From contig OX597824.1 of the NCBI GenBank assembly GCA_951406725.2, positions 94,736,001 through 94,800,000 of the forward strand: a stretch of DNA of 64,000 nucleotides, written 5' to 3'. The first letter of the stretch is position 1; the number at the start of each line of letters is the position of its first letter. Shown here in pieces: positions 1 to 12,500 of this stretch. Source of the stretch: Octopus vulgaris. Its lineage: Eukaryota. The notes beneath the pieces were generated by a model, which did no database searches, had not been told where the DNA came from, and worked only from the letters and a program-made list of their open reading frames with translations. Made by a program: the position numbers and the translations under genes.

Positions 1-249
1 TTACTGGAGAACTTATTAATTTAGTTATATAAAAATGCATTTGTATGTTTAAAATGAATTTTAGTTTTATTGCTGAGAGATTTTCAGTAATAAAACACCA
101 AGTTATTGGCAAAGACATTCTGGCAATGAAATTGATTCTCTTCGGGTTTTTGTGTAGAATTGTGAGCACTTCAGACAAAATACTTTACTGTGTTTAGTTA
201 GGTTATGAGTTCAAATTGCACTGGGGTCGACATTTTCTTTCATTCTGCC

Positions 250-625
250 TGAGTGGCTGTGTGGGAAGTAGCTTGCTTACGAACCACATGGTTCCGGGTT
301 CAGTCCCACTGCGTGGCACCTTGGGCAAGTGTCTTCTACTATAGCCTCGGGCCAACCAAAGCCTTGTGAGTGGATTTGGTAGATGGAAACTGAAAGAAGC
401 CCGACATATATATGTGTGCGTGTGTATGTGTTTGTCCCTCCCCCAACATCGCTGGACAATCGATGCTGGTGTGTTTACGTCCCCGTAACTTAACGGTTTG
501 GCAAAAGAGACCGATAAAATAAGTACTAGGTTTACAAAGAATAAGTCCTGTGGTCAATTTGCTCGACTAAAAGCAGTGCTCCAGCATGGCCACAGTCAAA
601 TGATTGAAACAAGTAAAAGAGAGAG
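250..625 (+). mobile_element. tRNA-derived SINE, local family 1 (head GTGGCTGTGTGGTAAG, tail GCGGTGCTCCAGCATGGCC...CTGAAACAAG)
   Basis: More than 10 similar full or partial copies in the window; B-box-like GGTTCAGTCC; internal (TA)/(TG) tract; purine-rich tail. Confidence 0.8.
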
Positions 626-1409
626 AGTGTTTCCGTTGTTCTAACAGCAACTCTGCGCTAAAAAAAATTTCGTCTTCTTGTCTGTATTGTACATTACTTT
701 GTAGGTAACTGAGGTAAATCATGTACCCCCTCTCCATCAAGACACCTGTTTCTGTCTTCCTATCATAACTTTAACTCTTGTTACCTGACATAAAGGCACC
801 TCCCTCAATACTTACTCCCCACCTCAGTTGAGGGGTCTTTGTCGTGCAGCTTACCTGATGACCACATTGGTGCTACATAAAAGCACCCGGCACATTCTGT
901 GAATTGGTTAGTGTTAGGAAGGGCATCCGACCATAGAAACCCTGACATAACAGACACCGGAGCCTGACACAATCCTTTGGCTCAACAGCATGGAAAACGG
1001 ATGTTAAATGGTGATGAAGAAGAAAAGTTTAATGAATCACATACAAAAAAAATCTTTGTTAAAATATATCTTTATTTCATTTGTTTCTGTAGAATTCAGA
1101 AATATGTTTAGTTTCTGATATAAAAGAAACTGTTTAACAATTTAAACACCTTGCAATAATATCCATAAATTATTATTATTATTATTAACATAATTACATT
1201 TAAGACATCATTTCTTCTTGTTATATTATTGAATGACCGAATGACCAGAAAATAGTATTTTGAAGACAATACTTTTAAAATACTTGTTATACTAAATAAT
1301 ATTATATAACTTTTCAAACTGTTGTTTATGGTTTCTGTTGAGAGAAAGGGACAGTGGCTAGGGTTCTCAAAACTGCTCTGAGACAGATGTGGTTGATGGT
1401 CAGCTTCAG

Positions 1410-1861
1410 CCTTTAGCATTCAGACTAGTTCATCTGATGTAAAGCCGTTTTATCCACATTGTCCGGCAAAACCTCATAACTTTGAGATTTCAGCAATGTG
1501 ATTATACATTTTTCTGAAGGACAATGAAGGGCAGATGTGAGAGGCTGGTTTAAACATAAAACAGGCAGAATATTTGGGCCGGTTATGGTCAGTTCAAATG
1601 CTAAAGGGTTCAACATCAGTGATGGTCAGCTTAATTCTTTAGCGTTCAGATTACTTTGTCAAATGTAATGTTTATTTATTCACATTTGTTTTGAATTAAT
1701 CCAGCCTAATCTCATAGCCTCGAGATTTCAATGATGGGATTATATTTTGTTTTTGAATGACATTGTAGGATAAGTGTGAGAGGCCAGTTTTAGCTGGTTT
1801 AAATATAAAACAAGCAGAATATTTGGGCCGGTTATGGTCAGTTTAAATGCTAAAGGGTTAA
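1410..1861. mobile_element. Two adjacent copies of a piggyBac-like MITE (CCCTTTAGC...GCTAAAGGG, TTAA sites)
   Basis: Copies at about 1410-1612 and 1637-1861; same family as 18181-18856. Confidence 0.65.
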
Positions 1862-2269
1862 ATCCCTGTCAATCAACTCCAGTTGGAAGAGAAATACAAA
1901 GGATTGGAGAAAATGGTCCACGCAAGACAGAACGAGTGACAGGAGGTGATATGCAATTAACCAATTCTGAAGAATTGAAATGATTGTTGAAGCAATAGAA
2001 ACGAGTGAACTCATGCTTGAACTGAAATCATCAGACAGGTGGCCTTTTTTATGGATACAACCTTGGTTCTTTTGGGGTGTAATAACAACACCATTACAAA
2101 CGTGGGAGCAATATTTATTTCATTATGGGTCTCACTTGAGCTTTGTAGAGAATCAACAAAAGTCCAGCTCTGGTGTATTTTCTGGTCCTAATGAGGAAGG
2201 GCGATTTTTAGAACTTTGGGTCTTCGATTCTCTTAAGATAGTCACTATTACTCATTAATTATTGATTTC

Positions 2270-2478
2270 AAATTTTGGCCACAGGGCCAGCAATTCTGGG
2301 AAGGTGATAAGTTGATTACATCGACCCCAGTGCATAACTGGTACTTGTTTTGTCAACCTCGAAAGGATGAAAGGCAAAGTCAACCTCAGTGGAATTTGAA
2401 CTCAGAACGTTAAGACTGGCAAAATGTTGCAAAGCATTTTGCCCAGCATGCTAACAATTCAGCCAGATTGCCGCCTTA
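2270..2478 (-). mobile_element. tRNA-derived SINE, local family 2 (head AAGGCGGCGAGCTGGCAGAA)
   Basis: Reverse copy of the family at 5766-5990, 7558-7790 and 55984-56215. Confidence 0.75.
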
Positions 2479-2837
2479 CCATTATTCATCAATTATTAGC
2501 ACTGGTGTTGCATTACTGAAGTCTTGGACTTAATTACTTAGATTCCTGCTGACAAGATTTCCTTTAACCGTAGCTAGGCCTTACAGAGTAAAAGCAAAAT
2601 TTATTTTAATTTTGTGGACATTGCAAGTAAGAAGCGTCGACCTTCTCAATGAACCATGGTAGACGGCATTACAAATAAAAACAAAAAAAAAGTGGCAACT
2701 TAAACCATTGCTACAAGAGCAATAATCTAAAAGAAATCTTGCATCGATGAAAGACAATGAAGGTGTAATTGTTCATCTCTTAAAATCCAGGTAAACTTTC
2801 TGGGGAAATAAATATCTGCGTCGGTGACCCACAACAA

Positions 2838-3032
2838 TTACAGTTTAAAAACATATGAATCGCTGACTGTTATGTATCGAATCCAGCGGTATGGCACATA
2901 AGCTTGGTCTCGGTCAAAAACACGCAAATAGCGAATCTGGATGCCGGAGCAGGTGTAACCTGATGCTTCAAACTCCATGACAATGTGTCCGATGTCTTTC
3001 AAACGAGTTTTCACACCACTGTTGCTGATCAA
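2838..3032 (-). CDS. AP4M1: AP4M1 terminal coding exon 13 (LISNSG...PYRWIRYITVSDSYVFKL*)
   Basis: tttcAG acceptor, C-terminal mu signature, TAA stop at 2838-2840. Confidence 0.95.
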   Translation of the reverse strand: MISNSGVKTRLKDIGHIVMEFEASGYTCSGIQIRYLRVFDRDQAYVPYRWIRYITVSDSYVFKL

Positions 3033-6000
3033 CTGAAACAAAAGAGAAAAAAATACAGTTGGTTGGATTTTTATTAAGTCACTGTATAGGCACAGGAGTG
3101 GCTGTGTGGTAAGTAGCTTGCTTACCAACTACATGGCTCCGGGTTCAGTCCTACTGCATGGCACCTTAGGCAAGTGTCTTCTACTATAGCCTCAGGCCAA
3201 CCAAAGCCTTGTGAACAGATTTGGTAGACAGAAACTGAAAGAAGCCCCATTATATGTGTGTGTGTGTGTATATATATATATATGTTTGCCAGCCTGGTTG
3301 GATTTTTATTAAGTCACTGTATAGGCACAGGAGTGGCTGTGTGGTAAGTAGCTTGCTTACCAACAACATGGCTCTGGGTTCAGTCCTACTGCATGGCACC
3401 TTAGGCAAGTGTCTTCTACTATAGCCTCAGGCCAACCAAAGCCTTGTGAACAGATTTGGTAGACAGAAACTGAAAGAAGCCCCATTATATGTGTGTGTGT
3501 GTGTATATATATATATGTTTGCCAGCCTCCCCTGTGTCAGTGACACGTAAAATAATTGTTTAAAATGAGAGAAATAACTGTCAGCTAGTTAAGGAAAACA
3601 AAAAAGAAAGAACAATACTTACTCTGAGATTGGCATTTAAATGAGAACCACCAGGAAACTTTTTTATATTCCATACAATTTGTTTATTAGAGGCTTTTAA
3701 TTCTATAGTTTGATCAGGTCCAATTAGCTGTTGGCTAATCCTGGAATAAGTTGAAGGAAAAACAAGGATTAGGATTAAAACATCTGAATTGGTAACAAGT
3801 CTAAGAATGAAACCATTCAAAAGAAATTAATTAATGGTTATTATTTGTCAGTGAAAATGGGTTTGCATTGGCCTGACACACCTTCCTAGAAAAAAGCAAA
3901 GTTACAGAAGTATCGATGAGAATTCAAAACCAACAAAGTCTAGGAGAGGAAGGCCTTCCCTCGGGGAAATATATAAGGGTGGCTCCATGCCATACTGAGG
4001 GAGTGGCCCAGCAGCCAAGAACAGTGGGGAAAAGTCACTCCTTAGGGAGTAAAGGGCTCAGGTAACTAAGATGGTACGTGTGATTTGAGGGGAAACTTTT
4101 GCTGCTATTTCTAACAGATCAAAAAACCATGTAGAGTTCCCTCACTGGCTTGAGCCCTTAAACGTAGAGGAAAGTACTGTGCTTTTTAATAAAAGTGAGA
4201 TGTGATTTTCTGAACTCAATAAAAACTTTACAGTTTACCACCATGAGGTCCATTCAGAAGAACCAGAAAATGCTGTGCCCACCACTACAAAAAAGAATGG
4301 CTCGTAGTTTCCAATTGCTTATCATATCTAACACTGGTTAAAACTGAAGAAGAAATGACATCAGTTCATCGTGGAGATTTTGTTCTGTCAATTAGATTAC
4401 TGGTCTTTGAGAAATGTTACAATGTAAATTACGATTCTAGTGGATCTTGGCAAGGATGAAGTTTCATTCAGCTGAAGGCAAATACATCATGGGTCATTAC
4501 CCAGGTAGTATTACACTGCAAGGGGATGTGGGGTTAGTGCCAAAAGATGCTTATATCTTTACAATCTCCAAGAAACAGCTTTTGATAATAGGAATGTGAA
4601 ACAATGTAATCTGTATGTATACATATAAGAGACAGCAAGTGGAACCCTTTCCATAGGTGAAGACTAGCTCAGTCTTTGCTGCCCCACTCAGGTGAACAGT
4701 ACAGGCTAAGGGGTGAAATGCTTGTGACCCTGAGATACTGGCTGATGACACAGAAGTGTTTCCAGCATTGTAATGGATTTAGAAGAGCTTTCAGAACATT
4801 AGAATACCTTTTGTAGTTTCTGCATGGAACAAAGCATCTCTGATGCTTTTTTCACCTGTGTATATATATATTTTCAGAATGAGATAAAAATCCAAGGCTA
4901 TGAAAGATTTCAGAACATTTATGAATAGGTCTTACAGCTGTTTGGGGGATATTTTATACATCCCTTCATTGGAGACAGTGTGAGAGAATGGTTAAGCAAT
5001 AGTTATTTTAGATAAGGTATGGAATAGAGAATGAAGTGGAGGAATGAAAATAAACGTGAGATATGCAGGGATATTGCATCTGTAGATCCATTATTTAGGC
5101 AGAATGGTAAACATAAGATTCCAGTACCTTGTGAGCAACTTCCAATAGTATATATATATATAGAGAGATCACTAGTTGGGAAGAAGGTGTACTGGTATAT
5201 TGAATATCAAACAAAATAATTCTTGACTTATTCTGGGGAGGGGAAATAATCTTGAGAATCAAGAATTCTTCAAAGGTGACATGCCATTAAAGAAAAGGGA
5301 CAGATTCATTATTTGGAGATAAGAGGACAGTTGTGGACATGTGCTTCTGGTCCAACAGTTGTCATCATCATCATCACAAGAATTGTCTGACCTGACCCCT
5401 CCAGCAGTGGAGGGACTGCGCTAAATATAATTCTGTTTCTAGATTCATTTCGGGGAAACAAATCCACAATATGACATTACAGAGATTAAATACCAGTAAA
5501 GTAAATGTAAAATTCTGTTTCAAGTCCTGGGACTCACAGGACTGGTTATCCAGTTTCCATGGGGTGTGAGTAACCAAAATCACAACATTCCCTTTAAACA
5601 GGATGCCAGTCTGTCACAGAGTTACTCATTCACAGCTGAGTGAACTGGAGCAGGAACACAATGCACTGTCCAGTCCAGGTATTGAAACAACAATCTTATG
5701 GCCATGAGTCCACCATCCTAACCACTAGACCATGCACTTCCACAATTAAGTATCAAAGTGATATTAAGGTAACGAGCTGGCAGAATCATTAGCACACCGG
5801 GCAAAATGCTTAGTGGTATTTCATCTGCCGTTACGTTCTGAGTTCAAATTCCACCAAGGTCGACTTTGCCTTTCATCCTTTCAGGGTCAATTAAAATAAG
5901 TACCAGTTACGCACTGGGGTCAATATAATCGACTTAATCTGTTTGTCCCCTCTGTGTTTAGCCCCTTGTGGGTAGTTAAGAAATAGGTATTTTGTCCGTC

Positions 6001-9000
6001 TTTACGATCTGCATTCAAATTCCACTGAGGTCAACTTTGCCTTTCATCCTTTCAGGGTCGATGAAGTAAGTACCAGTTACGCACTGTGGGTCGATGTAAT
6101 CAACTAGCCCTCTCCCCAAAAATGTCAGGCCTTGTGCCTACAATAGAAAGGATATTAAACACAACAATAATGCTACTCACCCAGAAACTGTTCCTGGCAC
6201 AGGAATTCTTAACACAATATTTACGGCTTCTGTGTTTTCTGGGATGTGACTAAGTAACTGGAGTGACAAACAGGTGTCCCTGGAGCTACAAATTAAAAGG
6301 GGAAACAATGAAGTGTTAGTCAGAGGCCCCAACCATTCGGCCTTTCTTTCCTTTTATTTTCTCCAAACAAACAATAATCTGAACCTCACACAGAAGATAC
6401 AACAAGGGACCATGGCAACTGGCAAATACGATTTACAGGGGAAAACCTGTGAAGTTTGCAATGACATGTCATTCTAAGCTACTTCATTGATCTAGTCATC
6501 GTTATAACCATCACCATCATTTAATGTCCACTTTTCCTTGCTTATGAAGTCGCTGAGGCAGATTTTGTAGGGTGGGATGTTCTTCCTGTCACCAACCCTC
6601 ACCTGCTTTCAAGCAAGGTAATGCTTTCTCATAGGTAGACGTGTTTCCATTGGAAGACAGGAAACAAACAACATTGCTTACATGATGCTCCTTACAACCA
6701 TCATGTGATGTCCAGGCAAGGGTACACGGACACACACACACACATACATAGATATATATAAGATTGGTTGTGTGGTAAGTAGCTTGCTTACTAACCACAT
6801 GGTTCCAGGTTCAGTCCCACTGCGTGGCACCTTGGGCAAGTGTTTTTTACTATAGCCTCGGGCACCGACCAAAGCCTTGTGAGTGGATTTGGCAGACGGA
6901 AACTGAAAGAAGCCCGTCGTATATATATATATATGTTTGCGTGTCTGTGTTTGTCTCCCCAACATTGCTAGACAACCAATGCTGGTGTGTTTGTCTCCAT
7001 AACTTAGCAGTTCGACAAAAGAGACAGATAGAATAAGTACTAGGCTTACAAAGAATAAGTCCTGGGGTCTGTCTGGTCGACAAAAGGCAGTGCTCCAGCA
7101 TGGTCGCAGTCAAATGACTGAAACAAATAAAAGAATACATATATATAGCAGGTAACTTTCAGTTTCCATCTATAAAATCTGCTCACAAGGTTTTGGTTGG
7201 CCCAGGGCTATAGCGGAAGAGACACTTTCACAAGGTGCTGCACAGTGGGACTGAGCCGAAGACCACACATTTGGGAAGCAAGTTTCTCAACCACACAGCC
7301 ACACCTGCACCTATGTCACACCAAGAAAAGACAAAATACTTACGGCGAGTCAAAATCCTTTTCCTGTACTTGTAATCTAAATGGCGGCTTTAGAGGAGGA
7401 TCCGATGCCAGTCTGTACGTCATAGCAGAAAACTGAAAAAACAGACAGAAATTCTTCAAGTCCATCAATATTACAAGAATATCTACCAGTATATTTATTA
7501 TTTATCTACCAGTACATCAATGTTACTGCTTTTGAAAGATGTATTTGATGGCATATAAGGTAGAGAGGAGCTGGCAGAAACGTTAGGACGCCGGGCAAAA
7601 TGCTTAGTGATATTTCGTCTGCCGTTACGTTCTGAGTTCAAATTCCGCCGAGGTCGACTTTGCCTTTCATCACTTCGGAGTCGATAAATAAAGTACCATT
7701 TACGCACTGGGGTCGATGTAATTGACTTACTCCCTTTGTCTGTCCTTGTTTGTCCACTCTGTGTTTAGCCCCTTGTGGGCAATAAAGAAATATATAAGGT
7801 AGAGGGGCTCCGAAAGGGGTCTCGGGAAGTAGCGTCCCTACCTTCCTGAGCTAGTTTTCCACCACCACATTTCTTAAAAATCGTGGTAGATGCCTTGGTC
7901 TCGGGACCATTCATGCCTAGAAACTGAGGTGGGGGGTAAGCAAGGGGATGCTCCCCAAAGAAAATCCAGCTCCAAAAGAGCCTCATGATAGCAAGGGAGA
8001 ATGGGCACCAGCCAGCCCAAAGGTTGGGGTGGGCTGCACCTGCCTACCTTGGTTGCTATGGCATTGAGGTAGATCCAGCCACCCCTGTTAATGAGGACAA
8101 AACCCAGATTTAAAACACTGGATGATGATGATGACAAGATGCACTTGCAACACTTCACCAACCAAGAGGAAGCTTCAGTAAAGGAGTTCTTCACCCTCAA
8201 AGGACGAGAAATCGTATCAGAATGAGATCAAAGAGCCGGCAGGAAGGCGGCTTCAGATGGCCCCTACTTGGAATGCAGGGCTGTTTTTGTTATAACTCGA
8301 TCAATAAAGCAAACAAGTTATTAAAATATTGCAAAACTTTTGACTCAACTCAGTATTTTTTTCGATGAAAGCAAATTTTATGTAGAAACATAAGGAAAAG
8401 GCATGATTACCTCACCAATGGGAGGATTGAGTATAAGACATCGGGAAGTGTTGAATTCTTCTTTGCGAACACATTGATGGAAACTGCATTGCTCCATGGT
8501 TACATGGCTGTTGAAATCTAGGAAGAAACAAAGTTATTTCTGCTGAAAGAGTCAGGTATGAATGAATCTTTACCTTCTAAAGGTGAAGAAGAATCTCTAC
8601 ATTGGCACTAAAGAAGAGAAAACCATTTTGAATTTAATACAAGATGGATAAGAGTATGATTGTTTGAGATTTTGTGAAAAAATATCTAAATTTCAAAAGA
8701 CAAAAGGAAGTGTACAGGCGTGGCTGTGTGGTAAGAAGCTTACTTCCCAACCACCTGGCTCTGGGTTCTATCTCACTGCAGGGCACCTTAGGCAAGTGTC
8801 TTCAACTATAGCCTCAGGCTTTGAGTGGATTTGGTAGAGGGAAACTGAAAGTACTAGGGTTAATCTGTTTTAGTTGATAAAAGCCCTTCGAGGCAGTGCC
8901 CCAGCATGGCTGCAGTCCAATGACTGTAACAAGTAAAAGGCTATAGTAGAAGACCTTTGCCCAAAGGGCTGTGCATTGAGACTGAACCTAAAACCACATG

Positions 9001-12000
9001 GCTGCAGAGCAAACTTCTTAACCACTCAGCCATACCTGTCCCTACTTATAAATCAAACTAAATTAGATAGAAAGAACTCGCTCTGACAAGAATCGATACA
9101 GGGGAATTGGTCTTACTGATTGAAAGATACACAATTCGTAAACAATCAGTAACGTTGCCCTGTGCAATGAGTAAGCCACGGAACTCTCAGATGACCGTTT
9201 CCCTAGTTGGAAATAGACACAATGGTAAGCAGCAGGTGCAGTCTGTAACTTCCAGGTGTGTTTGGCATTAGGAAGGGCATCCAGCCATAGATAGAAACCA
9301 TGCCAAAGCAGACAGTAGAGCTTAGCAGCCCTGGTCAAACCATCCACCCCATGCCAGCATGGCAAATGGACAGTAGATAGAATGATGAAGATCCATCATC
9401 TTGTGATGGCTGTGTGGTAAGTAGCTTGTTTACCAACCACATGGTTCCGGGTTCAGTCCCACTGCGTGGCACCTTGGGCAAGTGTCTTCTACTATAGCCT
9501 TGGGCCAACCAAAGCCTTGAGAGTGGATTTGGTAGACGGAAACTGAAAGAAGCCCATCGTATACATGTATGTTGTATGTTTGTATGTCTGTGTTTGTCCC
9601 CGTCACTTAGCGGTTCGGCAAAAGAGACCGATAGAATAAGTACTGAGCTTACAAAGAATAAGTCCTGGGGTCGAGTTGCTCGATTAAAGGCGGTGCTCCA
9701 GCATGGCCGCAGTCAAAATGACTGAAACAAGTAAAAAGAGAAAGAAATCAGTAAAGCTGAATTGAAAGGCCTCTCTAGATATACTTGTCCTCGTCAGTGA
9801 ATGTCCGTTTTCCCATGCTAGCATGGGTTGAATGGTTCAACATTAGCCGGAGGATTATGCCTAACTCTGCTGTCCGCTTCAGCATAGTTTCCACAGCTGA
9901 ATGCCCTTCCTAATGCCAACCACATTTACAGAGGGTACTGGGTGCTTTTCACATGGTACTAGCACTACACAAATCTTAAAGGGTTCCCTTACAAGTTAAT
10001 GTGTTATGGGACACAAAACAGCAAATTAATAATGTCGTTAAAAAAAAAATCAATCAATTTTACCTTTTGGCTTGCCCTGTTCAGCAAGTGTGAGATCCTC
10101 ATTAACAGCTAATTTAATTACTGGATTACCACTTAAAAAACTCTTTACATTTATATTTCCTGTGACATCCATACGTGACACAAGCCCCTGAAAAAACATA
10201 GTCAACATATCAATAATAATAATAATAATAAAATAAAGCAAATCCTTAAAATAGCTGAGTATAAAATAAACTAGAGGATAATAGTGGTTCTTATAGCCCT
10301 TTGTGTTATTTGGGGTCTGTACAGAAGGATGTGTCTATATAGGTGCCAGCATGGCTGAGAGGTTAAAAAGCATATTTTGCAGCATTGTGGTCTTGGTTTC
10401 AATCCTACTGCATGACACCTCAGGCAAGTGTCTTCTACTATAAGCCCTGGGCCACCTTTTGAGCATGGTCATTGCCAGAACCACCCGACTGGCCCTCATG
10501 CAAAAGCACCTACTACACTCTCGGAGTGGTTGTCATTAGGTAGGGCATCCAGCTGTAGTGTGAATTTGATAGATGAAAACTGTGGAAGACCTATATATAA
10601 TATTCATGTGTATGCATTTGTGTTGGTATAAGGAAGGCTGTCCAGTCATAGAAGCCATGCCAAAATGGAACCTTTTGGGTTGGTGCATAATTATTGCAGC
10701 TTTTTTTCAACAAATTTTATTCAACAAAAACATCTTTAACCCTTTCATTACCAACCCAGCTGAAACTGGCTCTGGCTCTGTAGTACAAATGTCTTGTTTT
10801 CATAAGTTTTTAATTAAAATCTCCCACCAAACCTTAGTCACAATTCATGTTCCTAACACTAGCTGAATGATAACTAAATTATTTGTCATAATTAAAGTAA
10901 TTGAAAGAAACACAGAGCATCTCTAAATAAATACAGTAACAAAAGGGTTAAATGACAGTCTAACCGTCTGCCCAGCAAATGGGAAGCAGTAATTGAAGTA
11001 GATGGTGAATATGCTCCAGAATAATCATTTAAAGATGTGGCCAATGACAGTACTGCCTGACTGGCACTCATGCCAGTGGAACGTTAAAAGCACATCTGAG
11101 TGTGATTGTTGCCAGGGTCACGGATTGGCTCCTGTGCCAGTGGCACATAAAAAGCACTATTTGAGTGTGATCGTTGCCAGCTTTGCCGTACCGGCACATG
11201 TGTTGGTGACACATGAAAATCAACATTCAAGCGTGGTCATTACCAGTGCTGCCAGACTGGCTCCTGGGCAGGTAGCACATAAAAAACACCTTTTGAGCGT
11301 GGTCATTACCAGTGCTGCCAGACTGGCTCCTGGGCAGGTAGCACATAAAAAACACCTTTTGAGCGTGGTCATTACCAGTGCTGCCAGACTGGCTCCTGGG
11401 CAAGTAGCACATAAAAAACACCTTTTGAGCGTGGTCATTACCAGTGCTGCCAGACTGGCTCCTGGGCAGGTAGCACATAAAAAACACCTTTTGAGCGTGG
11501 TCGTTGCCAGAACCGCCCGACTGGCTCCCGTGCCAGTAGCACATAAAAGCACCCACTACACTCTCAGAGTGGTTGGCGTTAGGAAGGGCATCCAGTTGTA
11601 GAAACTCTGCCAGATCAGATTGAGCCTGGTGCAGCCTTCTGGCTCACCAGTCCTCAGTCAAACCATCCAACCCATGCCAGCATGGAAAGCAGATGTTAAA
11701 CGACGACGACAATGATGATAATAATGATGATGTTGTTATTGTTTTTGTTAATTAAGATTTGTTGGAAAAATCCACAATAATTATGCACCAACCCAATATA
11801 AGAAGAACATGGTCCGCCAGTTCATCTAAAAAGCTGAGTAACTGCAAATAAGAACTGACTTGGATCACAGCAACCTGTCCAAGTCATGTTAGCATGGAGA
11901 GCAGAGGTAAAATGATGGTGAAAATACATTTATACACATACATGTGAATGCATGCGCACATGTGTATATATGTGTGTCCTATAGACTGAGGCAGCTGGAA

Positions 12001-12453
12001 AAAGTAAGAGCTCAACTGAAATAGGCAAAATACGAAAGAAACAAAGGGACAGAAATTGTTGTTGCCAAGAGACTAGAATTTCAATGAGCAAATTTTCATC
12101 ATTGCTGAATCAAGGGTGTAAATTCTGAGAGGAGTCATGTCTTTATGAACCAAAATGATCATAAAACCACGACTCCTCTCAAATGCTTGCCCCCACCCAC
12201 TTAGTTGATGGGCTTTTTTTTTTCCTATTCTTGTCTGTCTTGCAATTAATTTGGTGACCTCACTAGTGTCAGTGGCATGAAAAAAAGCACCCAGCACACT
12301 CTGTAAAGTGGTTGCCATGAGGAAAAACCATCCAACCACAGAAGCCAGCTGTAGAAACATTGCCAGGTCAGATTGGAGCCTGGTATGGCCTCCTGGCTAG
12401 CCAGACTTCAGTCAAACCATCCAACCCATGCCAGCATAGAAAACGGACGTTAA

Positions 12454-12500
<47 letters not shown>

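Noticed and set aside
11002-11601. 199-aa repeat protein, or a CRISPR-like array
   Set aside because: Contiguous 66-bp tandem units without unique spacers, inside a retroposon; the ORFs result from the unit length being a multiple of 3.
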